A DNA stretch of 64,000 nt from Auanema rhodensis (taxonomy: Eukaryota; Animalia; Nematoda): the NCBI GenBank assembly GCA_964057225.1, contig OZ059898.1, forward strand, positions 16,554,001-16,618,000. The letters run 5' to 3'. The position numbers were made by a program, and so were the translations under genes. Position 1 is the first letter of the stretch. Each line of letters starts with the position of its first letter. Of the stretch, positions 1 to 12,900 are shown in pieces. The notes under the pieces were generated by a model that worked only from the letters and a program-made list of their open reading frames with translations, searched no databases and was not told the DNA's origin.

Positions 1-40
1 ACATGGGGAATCTAATTTTGAAAACCGCATCTCTTTATCT

Positions 41-50
41 TTCACGTGAA
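41..50. promoter_or_regulatory. Perfect palindrome TTCACGTGAA containing a CACGTG E-box/G-box (core present in nearly every monomer)
   Basis: Read directly. CACGTG is the canonical bHLH / plant G-box core. Binding in vivo is unproven. Confidence 0.35.
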
Positions 51-72
51 GCGAGTTACATACCAAGTGCAC

Positions 73-80
73 ATCACGTG
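73..80. promoter_or_regulatory. Second CACGTG E-box/G-box (ATCACGTG) per monomer
   Basis: Read directly; flanked by the palindromes GTGCAC (67-72) and TGTACA (79-84). Function unproven. Confidence 0.3.
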
Positions 81-112
81 TACATTTAATTAGCATAAAT
101 TAAAGTTCACGT
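76..112. repeat. Imperfect inverted repeat ACGTGTAC-A-TTTAATT / loop AGCATA / AATTAAA-GTTCACGT (per monomer)
   Basis: 85-91 pairs with 98-104. 76-83 pairs with 105-112 with one T:T mismatch and a bulged A84. Confidence 0.85.
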
Positions 113-123
113 AAATTTCAAAG

Positions 124-138
124 TCATGGTTACCATGA
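124..138. repeat. Interrupted palindrome TCATGGT-T-ACCATGA (per monomer; contains the BstEII site GGTNACC)
   Basis: 7-bp arms around a single central T, read directly. Confidence 0.9.
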
Positions 139-1232
139 ACCAATATCAATAAAAATTTGTTTTTAGACTAATATGGACATGGGGAATCTAATTTTGAAAA
201 CCGCATCTCTTTATCTCTCACGTGAAGCGAGTTAGATACCGAGTGCACATCACGTGTACATTTAATTAGCATAAATTAAAGTTCACGTAAATTTCAAAGT
301 CATGGTTACCATGAACCAATATCAATAAAAATTTGTTTTTAGACTAATATGGACATGGGGAATCTAATTTTGAAAACCGCATCTCTTTATCTTTCACGTG
401 AAGCGAGTTACATACCAAGTGCACATCACGTGTACATTTAATTAGCATAAATTAAAGTTCACGTAAATTTCAAAGACATGGTTACCATGAACCAATATCA
501 ATAAAAATTTGTTTTTAGACTAATATGGACATGGGAAATCTAATTTTGAAAACTGCATCTCTTTATCTTTCACGTGAAGCGAGTTACATACCGAGTGCAC
601 ATCCCGTGTACATTTAATTAGCATAAATTAAAGTTCACGTAAATTTCAAAGTCATGGTTACCATGAACCAATATCAATAAAAATTTGTTTTTAGACTAAT
701 ATGGACATGGGGAATCTAATTTTGAAAACCGCATCTCTTTATCTTTCACGTGAAGCGAGTTACATACCAAGTGCACATCACGTGTACATTTAATTAGCAT
801 AAATTAAAGTTCACGTAAATTTCAAAGACATGGTTACCATGAACCAATATCAATAAAAATTTGTTTTTAGACTAATATGGACATGGGGAATCTAATTGTG
901 AAAACCGCATCTCTTTATCTTTCACGTGAAGCGAGTTACATACCAAGTGCACATCACGTGTACATTTAATTAGCATAAATTAAAGTTCACGTAAATTTCA
1001 AAGTCATGGTTACCATGAACCAATATCAATAAAAATTTGTTTTTAGACTAATATGGACATGGGGAATCTAATTGTGAAAACCGCATCTCTTTATCTTTCA
1101 CGTGAAGCGAGTTACATACCAAGTGCACATCACGTGTACATTTAATTAGCATAAATTAAAGTTCACGTAAATTTCAAAGTCATGGTTACCATGAACCAAT
1201 ATCAATAAAAATTTGTTTTTAGACTAATATGG

Positions 1233-2992
1233 ACATGGGGAATCTAATTTTGAAAACCGCATCTCTTTATCTTTCACGTGAAGCGAGTTACATACCAAGT
1301 GCACATCACGTGTACATTTAATTAGCATAACTTAAAGTTCACTTAAATTTCAAAGTCATGGTTACCATGAACCAATATCAATAAAAATTTGTTTTTAGAC
1401 TAATATGGACATGGGGAATCTAATTTTGAAAACCGCATCTCTTTATCTCTCACGTGAAGCGAGTTACATACCGAGTGCACATCACGTGTACATTTAATTA
1501 GCATAAATTAAAGTTCACGTAAATTTCAAAGTCATGGTTACCATGAACCAATATCAATAAAAATTTGTTTTTAGACTAATATGGACATGGGGAATCTAAT
1601 TTTGAAAACCGCATCTCTTTATCTTTCACGTGAAGCGAGTTACATACCAAGTGCACATCACGTGTACATTTAATTAGCATAAATTAAAGTTCACGTAAAT
1701 TTCAAAGTCATGGTTACCATGTACCAATATCAATAAAAATTTGTTTTTAGACTAATATGGACATGGGGAATCTAATTTTGAAAACAGCATCTCTTTATCT
1801 TTCACGTGAAGCGAGTTACATACCAAGTGCACATCACGTGTACATTTAATTAGCATAAATTAAAGTTCACGTAAATTTCAAAGTCATGGTTACCATGAAC
1901 CAATAGCAATAAAAATTTGTTTTTAGACTAATATGGACATGGGGAATCTAATTTTGAAAACCGCATCTCTTCATCTTTCACGTGAAGCGAGTCACATACC
2001 AAGTGCACTTCACGTGTACATTTAATTAGCATAAATTAAAGTTCACGTAAATTTCAAAGTCATGGTTACCATGAACCAATATCAATAAAAATTTGTTTTT
2101 AGACTAATATGGACATGGGGAATCTAATTTTGAAAACCGCATCTCTTTATCTTTCACGTGAAGCGAGTTACATACCAAGTGCACATCACGTGTACATTTA
2201 ATTAGCATAACTTAAAGTTCACTTAAATTTCAAAGTCATGGTTACCATGAACCAATATCAATAAAAATTTGTTTTTAGACTAATATGGACATGGGGAATC
2301 TAATTTTGAAAACCGCATCTCTTTATCTCTCACGTGAAGCGAGTTACATACCGAGTGCACATCACGTGTACATTTAATTAGCATAAATTAAAGTTCACGT
2401 AAATTTCAAAGTCATGGTTACCATGAACCAATATCAATAAAAATTTGTTTTTAGACTAATATGGACATGGGGAATCTAATTTTGAAAACCGCATCTCTTT
2501 ATCTTTCACGTGAAGCGAGTTACATACCAAGTGCACATCACGTGTACATTTAATTAGCATAAATTAAAGTTCACGTAAATTTCAAAGTCATGGTTACCAT
2601 GTACCAATATCAATAAAAATTTGTTTTTAGACTAATATGGACATGGGGAATCTAATTTTGAAAACAGCATCTCTTTATCTTTCACGTGAAGCGAGTTACA
2701 TACCAAGTGCACATCACGTGTACATTTAATTAGCATAAATTAAAGTTCACGTAAATTTCAAAGTCATGGTTACCATGAACCAATAGCAATAAAAATTTGT
2801 TTTTAGACTAATATGGACATGGGGAATCTAATTTTGAAAACCGCATCTCTTCATCTTTCACGTGAAGCGAGTCACATACCAAGTGCACTTCACGTGTACA
2901 TTTAATTAGCATAAATTAAAGTTCACGTAAATTTCAAAGACATGGTTACCATGCACCAATATCAATAAAAATTTGTTTTTAGACTAATATGG
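1233..2992 (+). repeat. Tandem 5-monomer (880 bp) higher-order duplication
   Basis: Rare variants (ATGTACC, AAACAGC, AATAGCAAT, CTTCATC + GAGTCAC + GCACTTC, A99C+G111T) recur in the same order 880 bp apart. Confidence 0.93.
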
Positions 2993-5104
2993 ACATGGGG
3001 AATCTAATTTTGAAAACCGCATCTCTTTATCTTTCACGTGAAGCGAGTTACATACCAAGTGCACATCACGTGTGCATTTAATTAGCATAAATTAAAGTTC
3101 ACGTAAATTTCAAAGTCATGGTTACCATGAACCAATATCAATAAAAATTTGTTTTTAGACTAATATGGACATGGGGAATCTAATTGTGAAAACCGCATCT
3201 CTTTATCTTTCACGTGAAGCGAGTTACATACCAAGTGCACATCACGTGTACATTTAATTAGCATAAATTAAAGTTCACGTAAATTTCAAAGTCATGGTTA
3301 CCATGAACCAATATCAATAAAAATTTGTTTTTAGACTAATATGGACATGGGGAATCTAATTTTGAAAACCGCATCTCTTTATCTTTCACGTGAAGCGAGT
3401 TACATACCAAGTGCACATCACGTGTACATTTAATTAGCATAAATTAAAGTTCACGTAAATTTCAAAGTCATGGTTACCATGAACCAATATCAATAAAAAT
3501 TTGTTTTTAGACTAATATGGACATGGGGAATCTAATTTTGAAAACCGCATCTCTTTATCTTTCACGTGAAGCGAGTTACATACCAAGTGCACATCACGTG
3601 TACATTTAATTAGCATAAATTAAAGTTCACTTAAATTTCAAAGTCATGGTTACCATGAACCAATATCAATAAAAATTTGTTTTTAGACTAATATGGACAT
3701 GGGGAATCTAATTTTGAAAACCGCATCTCTTTATCTCTCACGTGAAGCGAGTTACATACCGAGTGCACATCACGTGTACATTTAATTAGCATAAATTAAA
3801 GTTCACGTAAATTTCAAAGTCATGGTTACCATGAACCAATATCAATAAAAATTTGTTTTTAGACTAATATGGACATGGGGAATCTAATTTTGAAAACCGC
3901 ATCTCTTTATCTTTCACGTGAAGCGAGTTACATACCAAGTGCACATCACGTGTACATTTAATTAGCATAAATTAAAGTTCACGTAAATTTCAAAGTCATG
4001 GTTACCATGAACCAATATCAATAAAAATTTGTTTTTAGACTAATATGGACATGGGGAATCTAATTTTGAAAACCGCATCTCTTTATCTCTCACGTGAAGC
4101 GAGTTAGATACCGAGTGCACATCACGTGTACATTTAATTAGCATAAATTAAAGTTCACGTAAATTTCAAAGTCATGGTTACCATGAACCAATATCAATAA
4201 AAATTTGTTTTTAGACTAATATGGACATGGGGAATCTAATTTTGAAAACCGCATCTCTTTATCTTTCACGTGAAGCGAGTTACATACCAAGTGCACATCA
4301 CGTGTACATTTAATTAGCATAAATTAAAGTTCACGTAAATTTCAAAGACATGGTTACCATGAACCAATATCAATAAAAATTTGTTTTTAGACTAATATGG
4401 ACATGGGAAATCTAATTTTGAAAACTGCATCTCTTTATCTCTCACGTGAAGCGAGTTACATACCGAGTGCACATCACGTGTACATTTAATTAGCATAAAT
4501 TAAAGTTCACGTAAATTTCAAAGTCATGGTTACCATGCACCAATATCAATAAAAATTTGTTTTTAGACTAATATGGACATGGGGAATCAAATTGTGAAAA
4601 CCGCATCTCTTTATCTTTCACGTGAAGCGAGTTACATACCAAGTGCACATCACGTGTACATTTAATTAGCATAAATTAAAGTTCACTTAAATTTCAAAGT
4701 CATGGTTACCATGAACCAATATCAATAAAAATTTGTTTTTAGACTAATATGGACATGGGGAATCTAATTTTGAAAACCGCATCTCTTTATCTCTCACGTG
4801 AAGCGAGTTACATACCGAGTGCACATCACGCGTACATTTAATTAGCATAAATTAAAGTTCACGTAAATTTCAAAGTCATGGTTACCATGAACCAATATCA
4901 ATAAAAATTTGTTTTTAGACTAATATGGACATGGGTAATCTAATTTTGAAAACCGCATCTCTTTATCTCTCACGTGAAGCGAGTTACATACCGAGTGCAC
5001 ATCACGTGTACATTTAATTAGCATAAATTAAAGTTCACGTAAATTTCAAAGTCATGGTTACCATGAACCAATATCAATAAAAATTTGTTTTTAGACTAAT
5101 ATGG

Positions 5105-5212
5105 ACATGGGGAATCTAATTTTTAAATACATAAATTGAAGTTCACGTAAATTTCAAAGTCATGGTTACCATGAACCAATATCAATAAAAATTTGTTTTT
5201 AGACTAATATGG
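5105..5212 (+). repeat. Truncated 108-bp monomer (net 68-bp internal deletion)
   Basis: ...GAATCTAATTTT-TAAATA-CATAAATTGAAG... Consensus positions about 20-93 are missing and the next monomer starts at 5213. Confidence 0.95.
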
Positions 5213-8200
5213 ACATGGGGAATCTAATTTTGAAAACCGCATCTCTTTATCTTTCACGTGAAGCGAGTTACATACCAAGTGCACATCACGTGTACATTTA
5301 ATTAGCATAAATTAAAGTTCACTTAAATTTCAAAGTCATGGTTACCATGAACCAATATCAATAAAAATTTGTTTTTAGACTAATATGGACATGGGGAATC
5401 TAATTTTGAAAACCGCATCTCTTTATCTCTCACGTGAAGCGAGTTACATACCGAGTGCACATCACGTGTACATTTAATTAGCATAAATTAAAGTTCACGT
5501 AAATTTCAAAGTCATGGTTACCATGAACCAATATCAATAAAAATTTGTTTTTAGACTAATATGGACATGGGGAATCTAATTTTGAAAACCGCATCTCTTT
5601 ATCTTTCACGTGAAGCGAGTTACATACCAAGTGCACATCACGTGTACATTTAATTAGCATAAATTAAAGTTCACGTAAATTTCAAAGTCATGGTTACCAT
5701 GAACCAATATCAATAAAAATTTGTTTTTAGACTAATATGGACATGGGGAATCTAATTTTGAAAACCGCATCTCTTTATCTTTCACGTGAAGCGAGTTACA
5801 TACCAAGTGCACATCACGTGTACATTTAATTAGCATAAATTAAAGTTCACTTAAATTTCAAAGTCATGGTTACCATGAACCAATATCAATAAAAATTTGT
5901 TTTTAGACTAATATGGACATGGGGAATCTAATTTTGAAAACCGCATCTCTTTATCTCTCACGTGAAGCGAGTTACATACCGAGTGCACATCACGTGTACA
6001 TTTAATTAGCATAAATTAAAGTTCACGTAAATTTCAAAGTCATGGTTACCATGAACCAATATCAATAAAAATTTGTTTTTAGACTAATATGGACATGGGT
6101 AATCTAATTTTGAAAACCGCATCTCTTTATCTCTCACGTGAAGCGAGTTACATACCGAGTGCACATCACGTGTACATTTAATTAGCATAAATTAAAGTTC
6201 ACGTAAATTTCAAAGTCATGGTTACCATGAACCAATATCAATAAAAATTTGTTTTTAGACTAATATGGACATGGGGAATCTAATTTTGAAAACCGCATCT
6301 CTTTATCTTTCACGTGAAGCGAGTTACATACCAAGTGCACATCACGTGTACATTTAATTAGCATAAATTAAAGTTCACGTAAATTTCAAAGTCATGGTTA
6401 CCATGAACCAATATCAATAAAAGTTTGTTTTTAGACTAATATGGACATGGGGAATCTAATTTTGAAAACCGCATCTCTTTATCTCTCACGTGAAGCGAGT
6501 TAGATACCGAGTGCACATCACGTGTACATTTAATTAGCATAAATTAAAGTTCACGTAAATTTCAAAGTCATGGTTACCATGAACCAATATCAATAAAAAT
6601 TTGTTTTTAGACTAATATGGACATGGGGAATCTAATTTTGAAAACCGCATCTCTTTATCTTTCACGTGAAGCGAGTTACATACCAAGTGCACATCACGTG
6701 TACATTTAATTAGCATAACTTAAAGTTCACGTAAATTTCAAAGTCATGGTTACCATGCACCAATATCAATAAAAATTTGTTTTTAGACTAATATGGACAT
6801 GGGGAATCTAATTTTGAAAACCGCATCTCTTCATCTTTCACGTGAAGCGAGTTACATACCAAGTGCACATCACGTGTACATTTAATTAGCATAAATTGAA
6901 GTTCACGTAAATTTCAAAGTCATGGTTACCATGAACCAATATCAATGAAAATTTGTTTTTAGACTAATATGGACATGGGGAATCTAATTTTGAAAACCGC
7001 ATCTCTTTATCTTTCACGTGAAGCGAGTTACATACCAAGTGCACATCACGTGTACATTTAATTAGCATAACTTAAAGTTCACGTAAATTTCAAAGTCATG
7101 GTTACCATGCACCAATATCAATAAAAATTTGTTTTTAGACTAATATGGACATGGGGAATCTAATTTTGAAAACCGCATCTTTTTATCTTTCACGTGAAGC
7201 GAGTTACATACCAAGTGCACATCACGTGTACATTTAATTAGCATAACTTAAAGTTCACGTAAATTTCAAAGTCATGGTTACCATGCACCAATATCAATAA
7301 AAATTTGTTTTTAGACTAATATGGACATGGGGAATCTAATTTTGAAAACCGCATCTCTTTATCTTTCACGTGAAGCGAGTTACATACCAAGTGCACATCA
7401 CGTGTACATTTAATTAGCATAAATTGAAGTTCACGTAAATTTCAAAGTCATGGTTACCATGAACCAATATCAATGAAAATTTGTTTTTAGACTAATATGG
7501 ACATGGGGAATCTAATTTTGAAAACCGCATCTCTTTATCTTTCACGTGAAGCGAGTTACATACCAAGTGCACATCACGTGTACATTTAATTAGCATAACT
7601 TAAAGTTCACGTAAATTTCAAAGTCATGGTTACCATGCACCAATATCAATAAAAATTTGTTTTTAGACTAATATGGACATGGGGAATCTAATTTTGAAAA
7701 CCGCATCTCTTTATCTTTCACGTGAAGCGAGTTACATACCAAGTGCACATCACGTGTACATTTAATTAGCATAAATTGAAGTTCACGTAAATTTCAAAGT
7801 CATGGTTACCATGAACCAATATCAATGAAAATTTGTTTTTAGACTAATATGGACATGGGGAATCTAATTTTGAAAACCGCATCTTTTTATCTTTCACGTG
7901 AAGCGAGTTACATACCAAGTGCACATCACGTGTACATTTAATTAGCATTAATTAAAGTTCACGTAAATTTCAAAGTCATGGTTACCATGCACCAATATCA
8001 ATAAAAATTTGTTTTTAGACTAATATGGACATGGGGAATCTAATTTTGAAAACCGCATCTCTTTATCTTTCACGTGAAGCGAGTTACATACCGAGTGCAC
8101 ATCACGTGTACATTTAATTAGCATAAATTAAAGTTCACGTAAATTTCAAAGTCATGGTTACCATGAACCAATATCAATAAAAATTTGTTTTTAGACTAAT

Positions 8201-9964
8201 ATGGACATGGGGAATCTAATTTTGAAAACCGCATCTCTTTATCTCTCACGTGAAGCGAGTTACATACCAAGTGCACATCACGTGTACATTTAATTAGCAT
8301 TAATTAAAGTTCACGTAAATTTCAAAGTCATGGTTACCATGCACCAATATCAATAAAAATTTGTTTTTAGACTAATATGGACATGGGGAATCTAATTTTG
8401 AAAACCGCATCTCTTTATCTCTCACGTGAAGCGAGTTACATACCAAGTGCACATCACGTGTACATTTAATTAGCATTAATTAAAGTTCACGTAAATTTCA
8501 AAGTCATGGTTACCATGCACCAATATCAATAAAAATTTGTTTTTAGACTAATATGGACATGGGGAATCTAATTTTGAAAACCGCATCTCTTTATCTTTCA
8601 CGTGAAGCGAGTTACATACCGAGTGCACATCACGTGTACATTTAATTAGCATAAATTAAAGTTCACGTAAATTTCAAAGTCATGGTTACCATGAACCAAT
8701 ATCAATAAAAATTTGTTTTTAGACTAATATGGACATGGGGAATCTAATTTTGAAAACCGCATCTCTTTATCTCTCACGTGAAGCGAGTTACATACCAAGT
8801 GCACATCACGTGTACATTTAATTAGCATTAATTAAAGTTCACGTAAATTTCAAAGTCATGGTTACCATGAACCAATATCAATAAAAATTTGTTTTTAGAC
8901 TAATATGGACATGGGGAATCTAATTTTGAAAACCGCATCTCTTTATCTCTCACGTGAAGCGAGTTACATACCGAGTGCACATCACGTGTACATTTAATTA
9001 GCATAAATTAAAGTTCACGTAAATTTCAAAGTCATGGTTACCATGAACCAATATCAATAAAAATTTGTTTTTAGACTAATATGGACATGGGGAATCTAAT
9101 TTTGAAAACCGCATCTCTTTATCTTTCACGTGAAGCGAGTTACATACCAAGTGCACATCACGTGTACATTTAATTAGCATAAATTAAAGTTCACGTAAAT
9201 TTCAAAGTCATGGTTACCATGAACCAATATCAATAAAAATTTGTTTTTAGACTAATATGGACATGGGGAATCTAATTTTGAAAACCGCATCTCTTTATCT
9301 CTCACGTGAAGCGAGTTAGATACCGAGTGCACATCACGTGTACATTTAATTAGCATAAATTAAAGTTCACGTAAATTTCAAAGTCATGGTTACCATGAAC
9401 CAATATCAATAAAAATTTGTTTTTAGACTAATATGGACATGGGGAATCTAATTTTGAAAACCGCATCTCTTTATCTTTCACGTGAAGCGAGTTACATACC
9501 AAGTGCACATCACGTGTACATTTAATTAGCATAAATTGAAGTTCACGTAAATTTCAAAGTCATGGTTACCATGAACCAATATCAATAAAAATTTGTTTTT
9601 AGACTAATATGGACATGGGGAATCTAATTTTGAAAACCGCATCTCTTTATCTCTCACGTGAAGCGAGTTAGATACCGAGTGCACATCACGTGTACATTTA
9701 ATTAGCATAAATTAAAGTTCACGTAAATTTCAAAGTCATGGTTACCATGAACCAATATCAATAAAAATTTGTTTTTAGACTAATATGGACATGGGGAATC
9801 TAATTTTGAAAACCGCATCTCTTTATCTTTCACGTGAAGCGAGTTACATACCAAGTGCACATCACGTGTACATTTAATTAGCATAAATTAAAGTTCACGT
9901 AAATTTCAAAGACATGGTTACCATGAACCAATATCAATAAAAATTTGTTTTTAGACTAATATGG

Positions 9965-12900
9965 ACATGGGGAATCAAATTGTGAAAACCGCATCTCTTT
10001 ATCTTTCACGTGAAGCGAGTTACATACCAAGTGCACATCACGTGTACATTTAATTAGCATAAATTAAAGTTCACGTAAATTTCAAAGTCATGGTTACCAT
10101 GAACCAATATCAATAAAAATTTGTTTTTAGACTAATATGGACATGGGGAATCTAATTTTGAAAACCGCATCTCTTTATCTTTCACGTGAAGCGAGTTACA
10201 TACCAAGTGCACATCACGTGTACATTTAATTAGCATAAATTAAAGTTCACTTAAATTTCAAAGTCATGGTTACCATGAACCAATATCAATAAAAATTTGT
10301 TTTTAGACTAATATGGACATGGGGAATCTAATTTTGAAAACCGCATCTCTTTATCTCCCACGTGAAGCGAGTTACATACCGAGTGCACATCACGTGTACA
10401 TTTAATTAGCATAAATTAAAGTTCACGTAAATTTCAAAGTCATGGTTACCATGAACCAATATCAATAAAAATTTGTTTTTAGACTAATATGGACAAGGGG
10501 AATCTAATTTTGAAAACCGCATCTCTTTATCTTTCACGTGAAGCGAGTTACATACCAAGTGCACATCACGTGTACATTTAATTAGCATAAATTAAAGTTC
10601 ACGTAAATTTCAAAGTCATGGTTACCATGAACCAATATCAATAAAAATTTGTTTTTAGACTAATATGGACATGGGGAATCTAATTTTGAAAACCGCATCT
10701 CTTTATCTTTCACGTGAAGCGAGTTACATACCAAGTGCACATCACGTGTACATTTAATTAGCATAAATTAAAGTTCACTTAAATTTCAAAGTCATGGTTA
10801 CCATGAACCAATATCAATAAAAATTTGTTTTTAGACTAATATGGACATGGGGAATCTAATTTTGAAAACCGCATCTCTTTATCTCTCACGTGAAGCGAGT
10901 TACATACCGAGTGCACATCACGTGTACATTTAATTAGCATAAATTAAAGTTCACGTAAATTTCAAAGTCATGGTTACCATGAACCAATATCAATAAAAAT
11001 TTGTTTTTAGACTAATATGGACATGGGGAATCTAATTTTGAAAACCGCATCTCTTTATCTTTCACGTGAAGCGAGTTACATACCAAGTGCACATCACGTG
11101 TACATTTAATTAGCATAAATTAAAGTTCACGTAAATTTCAAAGTCATGGTTACCATGAACCAATATCAATAAAAATTTGTTTTTAGACTAATATGGACAT
11201 GGGGAATCTAATTTTGAAAACCGCATCTCTTTATCTTTCACGTGAAGCGAGTTACATACCAAGTGCACATCACGTGTACATTTAATTAGCATAAATTAAA
11301 GTTCACGTAAATTTCAAAGTCATGGTTACCATGAACCAATATCAATAAAAATTTGTTTTTAGACTAATATGGACATGGGGAATCTAATTTTGAAAACCGC
11401 ATCTCTTTATCTTTCACGTGAAGCGAGTTACATACCAAGTGCACATCACGTGTACATTTAATTAGCATAAATTAAAGTTCTCGTAAATTTCAAAGTCATG
11501 GTTACCATGAACCAATATCAATAAAAATTTGTTTTTAGACTAATATGGACATGGGGAATCTAATTTTGAAAACCGCATCTCTTTATCTCTCACGTGAAGC
11601 GAGTTAGATACCGAGTGCACATCACGTGTACATTTAATTAGCATAAATTAAAGTTCACGTAAATTTCAAAGTCATGGTTACCATGAACCAATATCAATAA
11701 AAATTTGTTTTTAGACTAATATGGACATGGGGAATCTAATTTTGAAAACCGCATCTCTTTATCTTTCACGTGAAGCGAGTTACATACCAAGTGCACATCA
11801 CGTGTACATTTAATTAGCATAACTTAAAGTTCACGTAAATTTCAAAGTCATGGTTACCATGCACCAATATCAATAAAAATTTGTTTTTAGACTAATATGG
11901 ACATGGGGAATCTAATTTTGAAAACCGCATCTCTTTATCTTTCACGTGAAGCGAGTTACATACCAAGTGCACATCACGTGTACATTTAATTAGCATAAAT
12001 TGAAGTTCACGTAAATTTCAAAGTCATGGTTACCATGAACCAATATCAATGAAAATTTGTTTTTAGACTAATATGGACATGGGGAATCTAATTTTGAAAA
12101 CCGCATCTCTTTATCTTTCACGTGAAGCGAGTTACATACCAAGTGCACATCACGTGTACATTTAATTAGCATAAATTAAAGTTCTCGTAAATTTCAAAGT
12201 CATGGTTACCATGAACCAATATCAATAAAAATTTGTTTTTAGACTAATATGGACATGGGGAATCTAATTTTGAAAACCGCATCTCTTTATCTCTCACGTG
12301 AAGCGAGTTAGATACCGAGTGCACATCACGTGTACATTTAATTAGCATAAATTAAAGTTCACGTAAATTTCAAAGTCATGGTTACCATGAACCAATATCA
12401 ATAAAAATTTGTTTTTAGACTAATATGGACATGGGGAATCTAATTTTGAAAACCGCATCTCTTTATCTCTCACGTGAAGCGAGTTAGATACCGAGTGCAC
12501 ATCACGTGTACATTTAATTAGCATAAATTAAAGTTCACGTAAATTTCAAAGTCATGGTTACCATGAACCAATATCAATAAAAATTTGTTTTTAGACTAAT
12601 ATGGACATGGGGAATCTAATTTTGAAAACCGCATCTCTTTATCTCTCACGTGAAGCGAGTTAGATACCGAGTGCACATCACGTGTACATTTAATTAGCAT
12701 AAATTAAAGTTCACGTAAATTTCAAAGTCATGGTTACCATGAACCAATATCAATAAAAATTTGTTTTTAGACTAATATGGACATGGGAAATCTAATTTTG
12801 AAAACTGCATCTCTTTATCTTTCACGTGAAGCGAGTTACATACCGAGTGCACATCACGTGTACATTTAATTAGCATAAATTAAAGTTCACGTAAATTTCA

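Larger units (their letters stand above)
1..176 (+). repeat. Consensus-type monomer (176 bp, 56 G+C, about 32% GC)
   Basis: The first monomer is identical to the most frequent form seen throughout, e.g. 3345-3520 and the run at 58767-59294. Length and GC were counted by hand. Confidence 0.97.

Noticed and set aside
37-61. Linked T41C and C59G could form an alternative stem (ATCT-CTC...GAG-TT-AGAT), suggesting compensatory change
   Set aside because: The stem is weak and bulged, and the linkage is simply explained by shared descent.
148-153. AATAAA polyadenylation signal in each monomer
   Set aside because: Expected by chance in 68% AT DNA, and there is no evidence of a transcription unit.
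73-176. Resemblance to a budding-yeast point centromere: CDEI-like ATCACGTG, 77-bp spacer, then TGTTTTT like the start of CDEIII
   Set aside because: The essential CDEIII CCG core is absent, the spacer is only about 77% AT (CDEII exceeds 90%), and point centromeres are not tandemly arrayed.
1-176. Identity with known satellites of similar size (Brassica CentBr, Arabidopsis CEN178, honey bee AluI, primate alpha satellite)
   Set aside because: Only the length is similar. The monomer has no AGCT or AAGCTT site and does not resemble these families as I recall them. BLAST is needed to settle this.
1-176. Tandem 5S rRNA, tRNA, snRNA or spliced-leader gene unit
   Set aside because: No recognisable conserved RNA sequence, cloverleaf or Pol III box arrangement.
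173-265. 30-codon ORF MDMGNLILKTASLYLSREASYIPSAHHVYI repeated in most monomers
   Set aside because: Short, flanked by stops and not similar to any protein I recognise. ORFs of this size are expected by chance, and the 176-bp period is not a multiple of 3.
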